A DNA stretch of 64,000 nt from Escherichia coli (GCF_044324875.1 NZ_CP172185.1), one strand, 5' to 3'; positions 47,260-58,319 are shown, counted from the first letter of the stretch. Notes: generated from the letters alone by a model not told the origin. A program made the numbers and translations.

Positions 47260-48597
47260 ATGAACACTTCACCGGTGCGAATGGATGATTTACCGCTTAA
47301 CCGTTTTCACTGTCGAATTGCTGCGCTCACTTTCGGCGCACACCTGACCGACGGTTATGTTCTAGGCGTCATTGGTTACGCCATTATTCAGCTTACGCCC
47401 GCCATGCAACTGACGCCGTTTATGGCGGGTATGATCGGCGGCTCGGCGCTCCTTGGTTTGTTTCTTGGCAGCCTGGTTCTTGGGTGGATCTCCGACCATA
47501 TTGGTCGGCAAAAAATCTTCACCTTCAGCTTTTTGCTGATTACGCTCGCTTCGTTCTTGCAATTTTTTGCCACCACGCCAGAGCATCTTATTGGATTGCG
47601 CATTTTGATCGGCATTGGTCTGGGAGGCGATTACTCAGTCGGTCACACCTTGCTGGCTGAATTTTCCCCGCGCCGCCATCGCGGTATTTTGCTGGGCGCA
47701 TTCAGTGTGGTGTGGACCGTAGGCTATGTGCTGGCAAGTATTGCCGGACATCACTTTATTACCGAAAGCCCGGAGGCCTGGCGCTGGCTGCTGGCATCAG
47801 CGGCGTTACCAGCCTTGCTGATTACGCTGCTACGTTGGGGCACGCCGGAATCGCCACGCTGGCTACTGCGCCAGGGGCGTTTTGCTGAAGCTCACGCTAT
47901 CGTGCATCGCTACTTTGGTCCCCATGTTTTACTGGGCGATGAAGTGGCAACGGCGACCCATAAACACATCAAAACATTGTTCTCTTCGCGCTACTGGCGG
48001 CGCACAGCGTTTAACAGCGTCTTCTTTGTCTGCCTCGTAATCCCATGGTTTGTGATTTATACCTGGCTGCCAACTATCGCCCAAACTATTGGTCTGGAAG
48101 ATGCGCTGACAGCCAGCCTGATGCTTAATGCGTTGTTAATTGTGGGCGCGCTGCTGGGATTAGTTCTGACGCACCTGCTGGCACATCGCAAATTTTTGCT
48201 GGGAAGTTTTTTGCTGCTGGCGGCAACGCTGGTCGTGATGGCCTGTTTGCCTTCCGGCAGTTCATTAACGCTGCTGCTTTTTGTTCTCTTCAGCACCACC
48301 ATTTCGGCAGTCAGTAATCTGGTGGGCATTTTGCCTGCGGAAAGTTTTCCTACTGACATTCGCTCGCTGGGCGTCGGTTTTGCCACCGCCATGAGTCGGT
48401 TGGGCGCGGCAGTAAGTACGGGCCTGCTGCCGTGGGTGCTGGCGCAGTGGGGAATGCAAGTCACCTTATTGCTCCTGGCGGCAGTGTTGTTGGTTGGTTT
48501 TGTCGTGACCTGGCTATGGGCACCAGAAACCAAAGCACTCCCGCTGGTGGCGGCGGGAAATGTAGGAGGTGCGAATGAACATTCTGTTAGCGTTTAA
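47260..48597 (+). CDS. ygcS: MFS sugar/metabolite transporter
   Basis: 445 aa from ATG 47260 (SD aagggg); ORF track start 47188 is likely over-extended. Confidence 0.85.
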   Translation: MNTSPVRMDDLPLNRFHCRIAALTFGAHLTDGYVLGVIGYAIIQLTPAMQLTPFMAGMIGGSALLGLFLGSLVLGWISDHIGRQKIFTFSFLLITLASFLQFFATTPEHLIGLRILIGIGLGGDYSVGHTLLAEFSPRRHRGILLGAFSVVWTVGYVLASIAGHHFITESPEAWRWLLASAALPALLITLLRWGTPESPRWLLRQGRFAEAHAIVHRYFGPHVLLGDEVATATHKHIKTLFSSRYWRRTAFNSVFFVCLVIPWFVIYTWLPTIAQTIGLEDALTASLMLNALLIVGALLGLVLTHLLAHRKFLLGSFLLLAATLVVMACLPSGSSLTLLLFVLFSTTISAVSNLVGILPAESFPTDIRSLGVGFATAMSRLGAAVSTGLLPWVLAQWGMQVTLLLLAAVLLVGFVVTWLWAPETKALPLVAAGNVGGANEHSVSV

Positions 48598-49354
48598 AGC
48601 CGAACCGGATGTCGGAATGCTGGCGGAAAAAGAGTGGCAGGCGGCGGCTCAGGGTAATAGCGGACCGGATGTTTCGCTTCTGCGAAGTTTACTCGGTGCT
48701 GATGAACAGGCTGCCGCCGCGCTGCTGTTGGCGCAGAGAAAAAACGGTACGTCGATGTCTTTAACCGCGTTGAGCATGGGGGATGAACGGGCGTTGCACT
48801 GGCTGCGCTATCTCATGGCTCTTGGGTTTGAGGAAGCTGTATTGCTGGAGACGGTGGCAGATCTGCGCTTTGCGCCGGAATTTGTCGCTCGCCATATTGC
48901 CGAATGGCAGCGTCAGAATCCGCTGGATCTGATAATTACCGGCTGCCAAAGCAGCGAAGGGCAGAATGGGCAAACGCCATTTTTGCTGGCGGAAATGCTG
49001 GGCTGGCCCTGCTTCACCCAGGTGGAGCGTTTTACTCTCGACGCGCCGTTTATCACCCTTGAACAGCGTACTGAAAACGGGCTGCGCTGTTGCCGGGTTC
49101 GCTTGCCTGCGGTGATTGCCGTGCGTCAGTGCGGTGAAGTGGCCTTGCCAGTACCGGGAATGCGTCAGCGAATGGCGGCGGGGAAAGCAGCAATTATCCG
49201 TAAAACTGTTGCTGCCGAATTGCCAGCGATGCTGTGTCTGCAACTGGCAAGAGCAGAGCAACAACGCGGAGCGACGCTGATTGATGGGCAAACGGTAGCA
49301 GAAAAAGCGCAAAAGCTATGGCAGGACTATTTACGCCAAAGGATGCAGCCATGA
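48575..49354 (+). CDS. ygcR: Electron transfer flavoprotein beta-subunit-like (FixA-like)
   Basis: 259 aa from ATG 48575 with SD aggagg; overlaps the ygcS end. Confidence 0.85.
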   Translation: MNILLAFKAEPDVGMLAEKEWQAAAQGNSGPDVSLLRSLLGADEQAAAALLLAQRKNGTSMSLTALSMGDERALHWLRYLMALGFEEAVLLETVADLRFAPEFVARHIAEWQRQNPLDLIITGCQSSEGQNGQTPFLLAEMLGWPCFTQVERFTLDAPFITLEQRTENGLRCCRVRLPAVIAVRQCGEVALPVPGMRQRMAAGKAAIIRKTVAAELPAMLCLQLARAEQQRGATLIDGQTVAEKAQKLWQDYLRQRMQP

Positions 49355-50211
49355 ATATCGCAATTGTGACAATAAATCAGGAGAATGCCGCAATAGCGAG
49401 CTGGCAGGCGGCGCAGGATTTCAGCGGTTGTACCCTGGCGCACTGGAAGATTGAACCTCAGCCCGCTGTGGCGGAACAGGTGCTGGATGCGCTGGTGGAA
49501 CAGTGGCAGCGAACGCCTGCGGACGTTGTTCTCTTTCCGCCGGGAACGTTTGGCGATGAACTGTCGACCCGGCTGGCCTGGCGTTTACATGGTGCAAGCA
49601 TCTGCCAGGTGACTTCGTTAGATATTCCAACCGTAAGCGTGCGCAAATCCCACTGGGGAAATGCGCTAACGGCGACGCTGCAAACAGAAAAACGCCCGCT
49701 ATGCCTTTCCCTGGCGCGTCAGGCGGGAGCAGCGAAAAACGCCACGTTGCCCTCTGGTATGCAGCAACTGAACATTGTCCCAGGTGCGCTTCCCGACTGG
49801 CTGGTTAGCATAGAGAATCTGAAAAATGTTAGCCGCGACCCATTAGCTGAAGCCAGACGGGTGCTGGTGGTGGGGCAGGGCGGAGAGGCAGATAACCAGG
49901 AAATCGCTATGCTGGCAGAAAAGCTGGGAGCCGAAGTGGGCTACAGTCGGGCACGAGTGATGAACGGTGGCGTTGATGCCGAAAAAGTGATTGGTATTTC
50001 TGGACATCTGCTGGCACCTGAGGTGTGTATTGTTGTTGGCGCTTCCGGCGCAGCAGCGTTAATGGCGGGCGTACGCAATAGCAAGTTTGTGGTGGCGATT
50101 AATCATGACGCCAGCGCGGCGGTATTTTCACAGGCAGATGTTGGCGTGGTTGATGACTGGAAAGCGGTGCTGGAGGCTCTGGTGACAAACATTCACGCAG
50201 ATTGCCAATAA
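49351..50211 (+). CDS. ygcQ: Electron transfer flavoprotein alpha-subunit-like (FixB-like)
   Basis: 286 aa; ATGA overlap with the ygcR stop. Confidence 0.85.
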   Translation: MNIAIVTINQENAAIASWQAAQDFSGCTLAHWKIEPQPAVAEQVLDALVEQWQRTPADVVLFPPGTFGDELSTRLAWRLHGASICQVTSLDIPTVSVRKSHWGNALTATLQTEKRPLCLSLARQAGAAKNATLPSGMQQLNIVPGALPDWLVSIENLKNVSRDPLAEARRVLVVGQGGEADNQEIAMLAEKLGAEVGYSRARVMNGGVDAEKVIGISGHLLAPEVCIVVGASGAAALMAGVRNSKFVVAINHDASAAVFSQADVGVVDDWKAVLEALVTNIHADCQ

Positions 50212-50212
50212 C

Positions 50213-50330
50213 GTGCTGCCGGATGATCCTGCCTACGGTTCTGGGCTGGGGACTTGTAAGCCTGATAAGACGCGTCAAGCGTCGTATCAGGCGCTGAATG
50301 TCGGATGTGGCGTGCAGCCTACAAATCACA
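50213..50330. repeat. Cluster of REP elements (GCCGGATGATCCTGCCTAC...; GCCTGATAAGACGCGTCAAGCGTCGTATCAGGCG; GTCGGATGTGGCGTG)
   Basis: Multiple REP palindromes with the GCCTGATAAGACGCG...CGCATCAGGC signature between convergent ygcQ and ygcP. Confidence 0.55.
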
Positions 50331-50357
50331 CAAATTCAACTCGTTACGAGTATCCCG

Positions 50358-50933
50358 TCAAAGCAATTTTTTCGCTAACGTCCAGACCCCGGTATTCGTG
50401 GTGGAAAGCGCCACAACACCCGCGTTAATCGCATTACGCGCATCTTCTTCATCGCACACCAGCCCGCCGGCAATCAGCGGTTGGCGGATTTTCTCCGTCA
50501 CCCAGCCTAGCACTTTAGGCATACAGCCTGGCAGGATCTCAATACAATCCGGATTCGATTGCGCAACTTGCTTATCAATGTTGTGAAACGAAATCGAATC
50601 AACAATAAACAGGCGATGAATACAGAAAAAACCTTCCGCTCTTGCCGCTTTTAGCATCGATGCTTTCGTGCTGATAATGCCGTCCGCCTCGGTCACCAGT
50701 TTCAGAAACTGAATCACCACTTCTTTGTTCGATGCGCCTTCCAGCAAATCAACATGAATAAAGGCATATTTTCCGGCGTTTTTAATCTTTTTAACGATAT
50801 TACTGATGGTGCAGATATTGCCGTACAACACGGAAATAAACTGGCATTCAGAGTCGATTGCCAGTTGCAGGCTGGCATTATCTTTAACGGCAGCAATCAC
50901 CGGATTCTGGCGGAGCAGGTGTAAGAGGGGCAT
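50358..50933 (-). CDS. ygcP: GlpP-family (glycerol-3-phosphate-responsive antiterminator-like, PF04309) putative RNA-binding antiterminator
   Basis: 191 aa; shares B. subtilis GlpP hallmark blocks (HVDLLEG, GIISTK, HRLFIVDS, PDCIEILPG, GGLV...A...GVVALSTTN). Confidence 0.85.
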   Translation of the reverse strand: MPLLHLLRQNPVIAAVKDNASLQLAIDSECQFISVLYGNICTISNIVKKIKNAGKYAFIHVDLLEGASNKEVVIQFLKLVTEADGIISTKASMLKAARAEGFFCIHRLFIVDSISFHNIDKQVAQSNPDCIEILPGCMPKVLGWVTEKIRQPLIAGGLVCDEEDARNAINAGVVALSTTNTGVWTLAKKLL

Positions 50934-50949
50934 AAATTATCCTTATTAT

Positions 50950-51210
50950 TTATCCAAAGCGGTAGGTGATGCCGAATCCGGAAGGCGGATAGTGCCACTG
51001 TTGTAGCGTTTTTTCATCGCACAGCAAACGGCAGGTGCCGCACTCCAGACAATTACGATAATCAACGTGCAAATCACCCTCCGGTGTGAGCGAAAAAAGA
51101 CCAGCCGGACAAGCGTTAATCAACTGTTGTGCCGTCTGGCGCTCAACGGAGTCTGCCGGAACAATATGTGGCGCATCAGCAGCGCGCCAGAGATTACGGG
51201 CTACAGACAT
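50950..51210 (-). CDS. ygcO: FixX-like ferredoxin (4Fe-4S)
   Basis: 86 aa from ATG 51210 (SD aggag); Cys motif CLECGTCRLLCD; 10-nt overlap with the ygcN stop. Confidence 0.8.
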   Translation of the reverse strand: MSVARNLWRAADAPHIVPADSVERQTAQQLINACPAGLFSLTPEGDLHVDYRNCLECGTCRLLCDEKTLQQWHYPPSGFGITYRFG

Positions 51211-52472
51211 CGAATACTCCTGACAACATCGCCCGCCAGATGCCACAGGCCATGACGACGTAAATGACGCCAGAATAACTGGCGCAGCGGTGGAACAGGT
51301 TTATCACCCTGATCCCATAAATCACGGGAAATATCCTGCATTAACGCAGGCCACGCCCGATACCAGCCAGGGCGTTGCAAAAGCGCCGGAACATGCTGAT
51401 AACGCTGTAAAACATCCCACAGCAGGCTGCGCTCTACGTTGTGATGATAAAGCGGAAACAGATTTTGCGGCTCGCGGTGCTGGCAGGCGCTTATTAGCGT
51501 TTGTGCCGCCGCCTGCGCGCCAGTTAGCGCCATATCCATGCCGCGCACGGAAATTCCGGTATTGACGCAACTGCGCAACGCATCGCCCACCAGCAGTCAG
51601 CCGTTACCGGCGTATTGCATCGGCATACTGTGTAAGCCACCTTCTGGCACCAGATGCGCACCATACTCCAGTGATTCCGTGTTTTTGATAAGCGGGCGCA
51701 CTGCCGGATGCGTTTTAAAGCGAGCCAGCAGCTCGCTTGCCGGAACACGACTTTGCGTAAGGGAAGAGAGCGGGCAAACAATCCCTAACGAGAGCGTTTG
51801 TTGATTAGTATAAAGAAATGCGCCGCCGGGTAAGTCATCACAGATCCCGCCGCTGAACAGCAACGCTGCGCCTTCGTTATTCTCCAGATGAAAACGTTCT
51901 TCAATAGCGGATGTTTCCAGCGACAGCACTTCTTTGATCCCCAACGCCATCGCTTCGCCAGCAGGACGAGTCACTAACCCGTGACGTTCAGCCAGGACGC
52001 TGTTGGCACCTTCTGCCAGCACCACATAACGGGCGCGGAGAATATCGTCACCACAAATGACACCACACACCCTGCCGTTTTCTTCATACAGCGCATCCAC
52101 CGTCGCACCGGGGATGCATTCGACACCTTCTTTTTCGGCTTCGGCAACCAGCCACGGATCGAACCGTGCACGTAATACACTCCAGGATTCACCGCCGGGC
52201 TGTAAGCTGGAAAACGTCGTTGCGCCATCCGGCGTTAGCAGAGAAAGGCTTTCGTGAGTGATGCGTCGTTCAAGAGGCGCGGTCAGATGAAATTGCGGGA
52301 GGAGTTCCGCGAGCGCATGGGTGTATAAACGCCCGCCGGAAAGATTTTTGCTGCCGGGGATTTCAGCGCGTTCCAGTAACAGAACGGACAAACCTGCCCG
52401 CGCGCAGCGTAAAGCACAAGCGGTACCTGCTATACCCGCACCAATAATAATAATGTCGCAGTTGTCTTCCAT
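51201..52472 (-). pseudogene. ygcN: FixC-like FAD-dependent oxidoreductase (ETF-quinone oxidoreductase-like) interrupted by an in-frame TGA at 51597-51599
   Basis: ORFs 51597..52502 and 51201..51590 are in the same frame separated only by TGA; joined length from MEDNCD (52472) is 423 codons, equal to intact K-12 YgcN; N-terminal FAD motif GAGIAGTACA. Confidence 0.75.
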
Positions 52473-52549
52473 GTCATGCCCCAGATATCCAGAACACAAC
52501 ACCCTAACATGGCGTTACTTAAGGGAAATTGACCGCCGACACACTCTTA

Positions 52550-52915
52550 TCATTCGCCGCGATAGATACAGCCTGCAGTACAGGTTTCTTTTACCATCAC
52601 CGCACTTAACAGCGGCACAACGGGTTTAACCTGATCCCAAATCCATTTTGCTAAAACTTCGCTGGTTGGGTTTTCCAGACCTGGAATATCATTGAGATAA
52701 TGGTGATCGAGGCGCTCATAAGTTGGCTTAAACGCCGCTTTCAGTTCAGCGAAATCGATAATCCAGCCCGTATGCGGATCGACCTCCCCGGTAATTTCCA
52801 GTCGCACCATAAAGGAATGCCCGTGCAGGCGACCACATTTATGCCCTTCCGGGACGTGTGGTAAGCGGTGAGCGGCTTCGAAGGTGAAATCTTTAAATAA
52901 CGTGGTGGACATCAT
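52550..52915 (-). CDS. queD: 6-carboxy-5,6,7,8-tetrahydropterin synthase QueD
   Basis: 121 aa from [19 protein letters not shown]; PTPS motifs (CGRLHGHSF). Confidence 0.9.
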   Translation of the reverse strand: MMSTTLFKDFTFEAAHRLPHVPEGHKCGRLHGHSFMVRLEITGEVDPHTGWIIDFAELKAAFKPTYERLDHHYLNDIPGLENPTSEVLAKWIWDQVKPVVPLLSAVMVKETCTAGCIYRGE

Positions 52916-53230
52916 AATTTCTCTACAGGACGATAAAACCGCCGTAGAGTACCGGAAAGGCTGTTTTTTCGCATTATCTAAAACGACTTTGTTGCGCAAA
53001 ATCGCTGATTTATCTTATTGATGGGCAATATTCATTTGTTTTTCATTGGGTTGGTTAATCTATTTTGTTGTTAAAGACTATTGCTAAAACAGGTTAGTCG
53101 ATTTGGTTATTAGTTATCGCTATCCCGTCTTTAATCCACACCGTTCACCCCGTTAACCTTACCTTCTCTTCTGTTTTATGGGCGCTGACAGGGCGCAGAA
53201 ACAGCTTTGCTTACTGGAACATAACGACGC

Positions 53231-55030
53231 ATGACGACACAGGTCCCACCTTCCGCGTTGCTTCCGTTGAACCCGGAGCAACTGGCACGCCTTCAGGCGG
53301 CCACGACCGATTTAACTCCCACCCAGCTTGCCTGGGTTTCTGGCTATTTCTGGGGCGTGCTCAACCAGCAGCCAGCTGCGCTTGCAGCGACGCCAGCGCC
53401 CGCCGCAGAAATGCCGGATATAACTATTATCTCCGCTTCGCAAACCGGCAATGCGCGCCGGGTTGCTGAAGCATTACGCGATGATTTATTGGCGGCAAAA
53501 CTGAACGTTAAGCTGGTGAACGCGGGCGACTATAAATTCAAACAAATCGCCAGCGAAAAACTGCTTATCGTGGTGACGTCAACGCAAGGGGAAGGGGAAC
53601 CGCCGGAAGAAGCCGTCGCGCTGCATAAGTTCCTGTTCTCCAAAAAAGCGCCAAAGCTGGAAAACACTGCATTTGCCGTGTTTAGCCTCGGCGATAGCTC
53701 TTATGAATTTTTCTGCCAGTCCGGGAAAGATTTTGACAGCAAGCTGGCGGAACTGGGCGGTGAACGCCTGCTCGACCGTGTCGATGCCGACGTTGAATAC
53801 CAGGCTGCTGCCATCGAGTGGCGCGCCCGCGTGGTTGATATTCTGAAGTCCCGTGCGCCTGTCGCGGCACCTTCGCAATCCGTCGCTACTGGCGCGGTAA
53901 ATGAAATCCACACCAGCCCGTACAGCAAAGACGCGCCGCTGGTGGCGAGCCTCTCTGTTAACCAGAAAATTACCGGGCGTAACTCTGAAAAAGACGTTCG
54001 CCATATCGAAATTGACTTAGGTGACTCGGGCCTGCGTTACCAGCCGGGTGACGCGCTGGGCGTCTGGTATCAGAACGATCCGGCACTGGTGAAAGAACTT
54101 GTCGAACTGCTGTGGCTGAAAGGCGATGAAACTGTCACCGTTGACGGCAAAACGCTGACCCTGAGCGAAGCGCTCCAGTGGCACTTTGAACTCACCGTCA
54201 ACACCGCGAATATTGTTGAGAACTACGCCACGCTTACCCGCAGCGAAACGCTGCTGCCGCTGGTGGGCGATAAAGCGAAGTTACAGCATTACGCCGCGAC
54301 CACGCCGATTGTTGACATGGTGCGTTTCTCTCCGGCGCAACTGGATGCCGAAGCGCTGATTAACCTGTTGCGCCCGCTGACCCCGCGCCTGTATTCCATC
54401 GCCTCCTCGCAGGCGGAAGTCGAGAACGAAGTGCACGTTACCGTTGGTGTGGTGCGTTACGACGTGGAAGGCCGCGCCCGTGCCGGTGGTGCCTCCAGCT
54501 TCCTCGCGGATCGTGTGGAAGAAGAGGGTGAAGTCCGCGTCTTTATCGAACATAACGACAACTTCCGCCTGCCCGCTAACCCGGAAACCCCGGTGATCAT
54601 GATTGGCCCTGGCACCGGCATCGCGCCGTTCCGTGCCTTTATGCAGCAGCGTGCTGCCGACGAAGCGCCGGGTAAAAACTGGCTATTCTTTGGCAACCCA
54701 CACTTTACGGAAGATTTCCTCTACCAGGTGGAGTGGCAGCGCTACGTGAAAGAAGGCGTATTGAGCCGCATCGATCTTGCCTGGTCGCGCGACCAAAAAG
54801 AAAAAGTTTATGTACAAGACAAACTGCGCGAACAGGGCGCGGAGCTGTGGCGCTGGATCAATGACGGTGCCCACATTTATGTCTGCGGCGACGCTAATCG
54901 CATGGCGAAAGACGTTGAGCAGGCACTTCTGGAAGTGATTGCCGAATTTGGTGGCATGGACACCGAAGCGGCGGATGAATTTTTAAGTGAGCTGCGCGTA
55001 GAGCGCCGTTATCAGCGAGATGTCTACTAA
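53231..55030 (+). CDS. cysJ: Sulfite reductase [NADPH] flavoprotein alpha component CysJ
   Basis: 599 aa; flavodoxin plus FAD/NADPH domains. Confidence 0.95.
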   Translation: MTTQVPPSALLPLNPEQLARLQAATTDLTPTQLAWVSGYFWGVLNQQPAALAATPAPAAEMPDITIISASQTGNARRVAEALRDDLLAAKLNVKLVNAGDYKFKQIASEKLLIVVTSTQGEGEPPEEAVALHKFLFSKKAPKLENTAFAVFSLGDSSYEFFCQSGKDFDSKLAELGGERLLDRVDADVEYQAAAIEWRARVVDILKSRAPVAAPSQSVATGAVNEIHTSPYSKDAPLVASLSVNQKITGRNSEKDVRHIEIDLGDSGLRYQPGDALGVWYQNDPALVKELVELLWLKGDETVTVDGKTLTLSEALQWHFELTVNTANIVENYATLTRSETLLPLVGDKAKLQHYAATTPIVDMVRFSPAQLDAEALINLLRPLTPRLYSIASSQAEVENEVHVTVGVVRYDVEGRARAGGASSFLADRVEEEGEVRVFIEHNDNFRLPANPETPVIMIGPGTGIAPFRAFMQQRAADEAPGKNWLFFGNPHFTEDFLYQVEWQRYVKEGVLSRIDLAWSRDQKEKVYVQDKLREQGAELWRWINDGAHIYVCGDANRMAKDVEQALLEVIAEFGGMDTEAADEFLSELRVERRYQRDVY

Positions 55031-56742
55031 TGAGCGAAAAACATCCAGGGCCTTTAGTGGTCGAAGGAAAACTGACAGACGCCGAGCGCATGAAGCTTGA
55101 AAGCAACTACCTGCGCGGCACCATTGCGGAAGATTTAAACGACGGTCTGACCGGTGGTTTTAAGGGCGACAACTTCCTGCTGATCCGCTTCCACGGCATG
55201 TATCAGCAGGATGACCGCGACATCCGCGCTGAACGTGCTGAACAGAAGCTGGAGCCGCGTCATGCGATGCTGCTGCGCTGTCGTCTGCCGGGTGGGGTGA
55301 TTACCACCAAACAGTGGCAGGCGATCGATAAATTTGCCGGTGAAAACACCATTTATGGCAGCATTCGCCTGACCAACCGCCAGACGTTCCAGTTCCATGG
55401 CATTCTGAAAAAGAACGTCAAACCGGTGCACCAGATGCTGCACTCAGTCGGTCTTGATGCGCTGGCGACCGCCAACGACATGAACCGTAACGTACTCTGT
55501 ACCTCGAACCCTTACGAGTCGCAGCTGCACGCGGAATCCTATGAATGGGCGAAGAAAATATCTGAACATCTGCTGCCGCGTACCCGCGCGTATGCGGAGA
55601 TCTGGCTCGATCAGGAAAAAGTCGCCACCACCGATGAAGAACCGATCCTCGGTCAGACTTATTTGCCGCGTAAATTCAAAACCACGGTAGTGATCCCGCC
55701 GCAGAACGATATCGATCTGCACGCCAACGACATGAACTTCGTGGCGATCGCCGAAAACGGCAAGCTGGTGGGCTTTAACCTGCTGGTGGGCGGTGGGCTT
55801 TCCATCGAGCACGGCAACAAGAAAACCTACGCCCGCACGGCGAGTGAGTTTGGTTATCTGCCGCTGGAGCATACGCTGGCGGTGGCAGAAGCCGTCGTGA
55901 CGACTCAGCGCGACTGGGGTAACCGTACCGATCGTAAAAATGCCAAAACCAAATACACGCTGGAGCGCGTGGGGGTTGAGACGTTTAAAGCGGAAGTGGA
56001 GCGTCGCGCGGGGATCAAATTTGAACCGATCCGTCCGTATGAGTTTACCGGACGCGGCGATCGTATTGGTTGGGTTAAGGGCATTGATGATAACTGGCAC
56101 CTGACGCTGTTTATCGAAAATGGTCGCATCCTTGATTATCCGGGGCGTCCGCTGAAAACTGGCCTGCTGGAGATCGCGAAGATCCACAAAGGTGATTTCC
56201 GCATTACGGCGAACCAGAATCTGATCATCGCCGGTGTGCCGGAAAGCGAGAAAGCGAAGATCGAGAAGATCGCCAAAGAGAGCGGGTTAATGAATGCCGT
56301 CACGCCGCAGCGTGAAAACTCAATGGCCTGCGTGTCATTCCCGACTTGCCCGCTGGCGATGGCCGAAGCCGAGCGTTTCCTGCCGTCTTTTATCGACAAC
56401 ATCGATAATTTAATGGCGAAACATGGTGTCAGCGATGAGCATATCGTGATGCGTGTAACAGGCTGCCCGAACGGTTGTGGTCGCGCGATGCTGGCGGAAG
56501 TGGGCCTGGTGGGTAAAGCGCCGGGTCGCTACAACCTGCATCTTGGCGGCAACCGCATTGGGACACGTATCCCACGGATGTATAAAGAAAACATCACCGA
56601 GCCGGAAATCCTGGCGTCGCTTGATGAACTGATAGGGCGCTGGGCGAAAGAGCGCGAAGCGGGTGAAGGCTTCGGCGACTTTACGGTGCGTGCGGGCATC
56701 ATTCGCCCGGTGCTCGATCCGGCGCGCGATTTGTGGGATTAA
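55030..56742 (+). CDS. cysI: Sulfite reductase [NADPH] hemoprotein beta component CysI
   Basis: 570 aa; ATGA overlap with the cysJ stop. Confidence 0.95.
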   Translation: MSEKHPGPLVVEGKLTDAERMKLESNYLRGTIAEDLNDGLTGGFKGDNFLLIRFHGMYQQDDRDIRAERAEQKLEPRHAMLLRCRLPGGVITTKQWQAIDKFAGENTIYGSIRLTNRQTFQFHGILKKNVKPVHQMLHSVGLDALATANDMNRNVLCTSNPYESQLHAESYEWAKKISEHLLPRTRAYAEIWLDQEKVATTDEEPILGQTYLPRKFKTTVVIPPQNDIDLHANDMNFVAIAENGKLVGFNLLVGGGLSIEHGNKKTYARTASEFGYLPLEHTLAVAEAVVTTQRDWGNRTDRKNAKTKYTLERVGVETFKAEVERRAGIKFEPIRPYEFTGRGDRIGWVKGIDDNWHLTLFIENGRILDYPGRPLKTGLLEIAKIHKGDFRITANQNLIIAGVPESEKAKIEKIAKESGLMNAVTPQRENSMACVSFPTCPLAMAEAERFLPSFIDNIDNLMAKHGVSDEHIVMRVTGCPNGCGRAMLAEVGLVGKAPGRYNLHLGGNRIGTRIPRMYKENITEPEILASLDELIGRWAKEREAGEGFGDFTVRAGIIRPVLDPARDLWD

Positions 56743-56744
56743 CC

Positions 56745-56800
56745 ATCAGCCCGGTCTTGTAGGCCTGATAAGACGCGTGAGCGTCGCATCAGGCAAGGCA
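56745..56800. repeat. REP element between cysI and cysH (GCCTGATAAGACGCGTGAGCGTCGCATCAGGC)
   Basis: Canonical REP palindrome. Confidence 0.55.
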
Positions 56801-56815
56801 AACAGTGAGGAATCT

Positions 56816-57550
56816 ATGTCCAAACTCGATCTAAACGCCCTGAACGAACTGCCGAAGGTAGATCGCATTCTGGCGCTGGCAGAAACTAACGCCGAACTGG
56901 AAAAACTGGATGCTGAAGGCCGCGTTGCCTGGGCGCTGGATAATCTGCCCGGTGAATATGTACTTTCTTCCAGTTTCGGCATTCAGGCGGCGGTGAGCCT
57001 GCATCTGGTGAATCAGATTCACCCGGATATCCCGGTGATCCTGACCGATACGGGTTATCTGTTCCCGGAAACCTACCGCTTTATTGACGAGTTAACGGAC
57101 AAACTCAAGCTCAACCTGAAAGTGTACCGCGCTACCGAAAGCGCCGCCTGGCAGGAAGCGCGCTACGGCAAACTGTGGGAGCAGGGTGTTGAAGGCATTG
57201 AAAAGTACAATGACATCAACAAAGTCGAACCGATGAACCGGGCGCTGAAAGAACTGAATGCGCAAACGTGGTTTGCTGGCCTGCGCCGCGAACAATCCGG
57301 CAGTCGCGCCAATTTACCGGTGCTGGCAATTCAGCGTGGCGTATTTAAAGTGCTGCCGATTATCGACTGGGATAACCGAACGATATATCAGTATCTGCAA
57401 AAACATGGCCTGAAATATCATCCATTATGGGACGAAGGATATTTATCCGTCGGTGATACCCATACAACCCGTAAATGGGAACCCGGCATGGCGGAAGAAG
57501 AAACGCGTTTCTTTGGCTTAAAAAGGGAATGTGGGCTGCACGAAGGGTAA
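56816..57550 (+). CDS. cysH: Phosphoadenosine phosphosulfate (PAPS) reductase CysH
   Basis: 244 aa from [14 protein letters not shown]; ORF track's upstream extension to 56663 runs through the REP and is implausible. Confidence 0.95.
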   Translation: MSKLDLNALNELPKVDRILALAETNAELEKLDAEGRVAWALDNLPGEYVLSSSFGIQAAVSLHLVNQIHPDIPVILTDTGYLFPETYRFIDELTDKLKLNLKVYRATESAAWQEARYGKLWEQGVEGIEKYNDINKVEPMNRALKELNAQTWFAGLRREQSGSRANLPVLAIQRGVFKVLPIIDWDNRTIYQYLQKHGLKYHPLWDEGYLSVGDTHTTRKWEPGMAEEETRFFGLKRECGLHEG

Positions 57551-57815
57551 AATATCGTACCGCTTAATAAACGTCTCTGTCTGAAAAGATGGGGGCGTTT
57601 TTATTTTGCGAGCAGCATTCCTGATTTTAAACGTGAACGCCGCTGGAAGAATTATCAAGTATAGAATGGCGTTGGGTGCTTGAGGCTGTCTGGCGTTAAG
57701 CATTCGCGAGGTTCCAGATGGACAAAAGCCCCAGGCGATATTTCTATCAACCTGAGGCCAGCGTTCGAACCTAAGCAATTCGAATGTTAGTCTCTTCTTT
57801 GCAGGGAGGCAAGAC

Positions 57816-57968
57816 ATGCTGACAAAATATGCCCTTGTGGCAATCATCGTACTGTGTTGTACAGTACTGGGATTCACGCTGATGGTAGGCGACTCGTTGT
57901 GTGAGTTGAGTATCAGAGAACGTGGTATGGAGTTTAAGGCAGTTCTCGCTTACGAATCGAAGAAGTAG
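57816..57968 (+). CDS. Hok/Gef-family type I toxin (HokE-like), 50 aa
   Basis: [50 protein letters not shown] is near-identical in pattern to HokE ([31 protein letters not shown]...KAVLAYEPKK); single TM plus conserved Cys; 3' GC hairpin CGCGGGGG-UAAAA-CCCCGCG at 57975-57994; below the ORF-track size cutoff. Confidence 0.8.
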   Translation: MLTKYALVAIIVLCCTVLGFTLMVGDSLCELSIRERGMEFKAVLAYESKK

Positions 57969-58319
57969 CCACCACGCGGGGGTAAAACCCCGCGTATTGA
58001 ATTGTGATGGTTTGGTCTCCTGCACCCTTTTTTAATTTATATTGTTTATGTGAATATTATGCCTATGTTTATTATTCATATATATTACGGATGAAAATTA
58101 TTTGATTATTCATAATGTGCAAAATGGCATCTGAATCGATCGCAGTTTGGCATTCGAATCGATCATGATTTGGCATCCATCTCCGATCACAGTTTGGCAT
58201 CACAATCGATCACGATTTGGCATGCTTCCGATCATTGATTGGCATCCTGCCAGTCACTCCGGGAATTAACTCTTTTCACCACAGTCTCCATTGCCGTGTT
58301 TAAACCAGTGGAGACGTCA

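Noticed and set aside
51597-51599. TGA in ygcN as a selenocysteine codon
   Set aside because: No SECIS-like stem-loop immediately downstream; FixC/ETF-QO proteins are not selenoproteins; nonsense mutation or sequencing error is more parsimonious.
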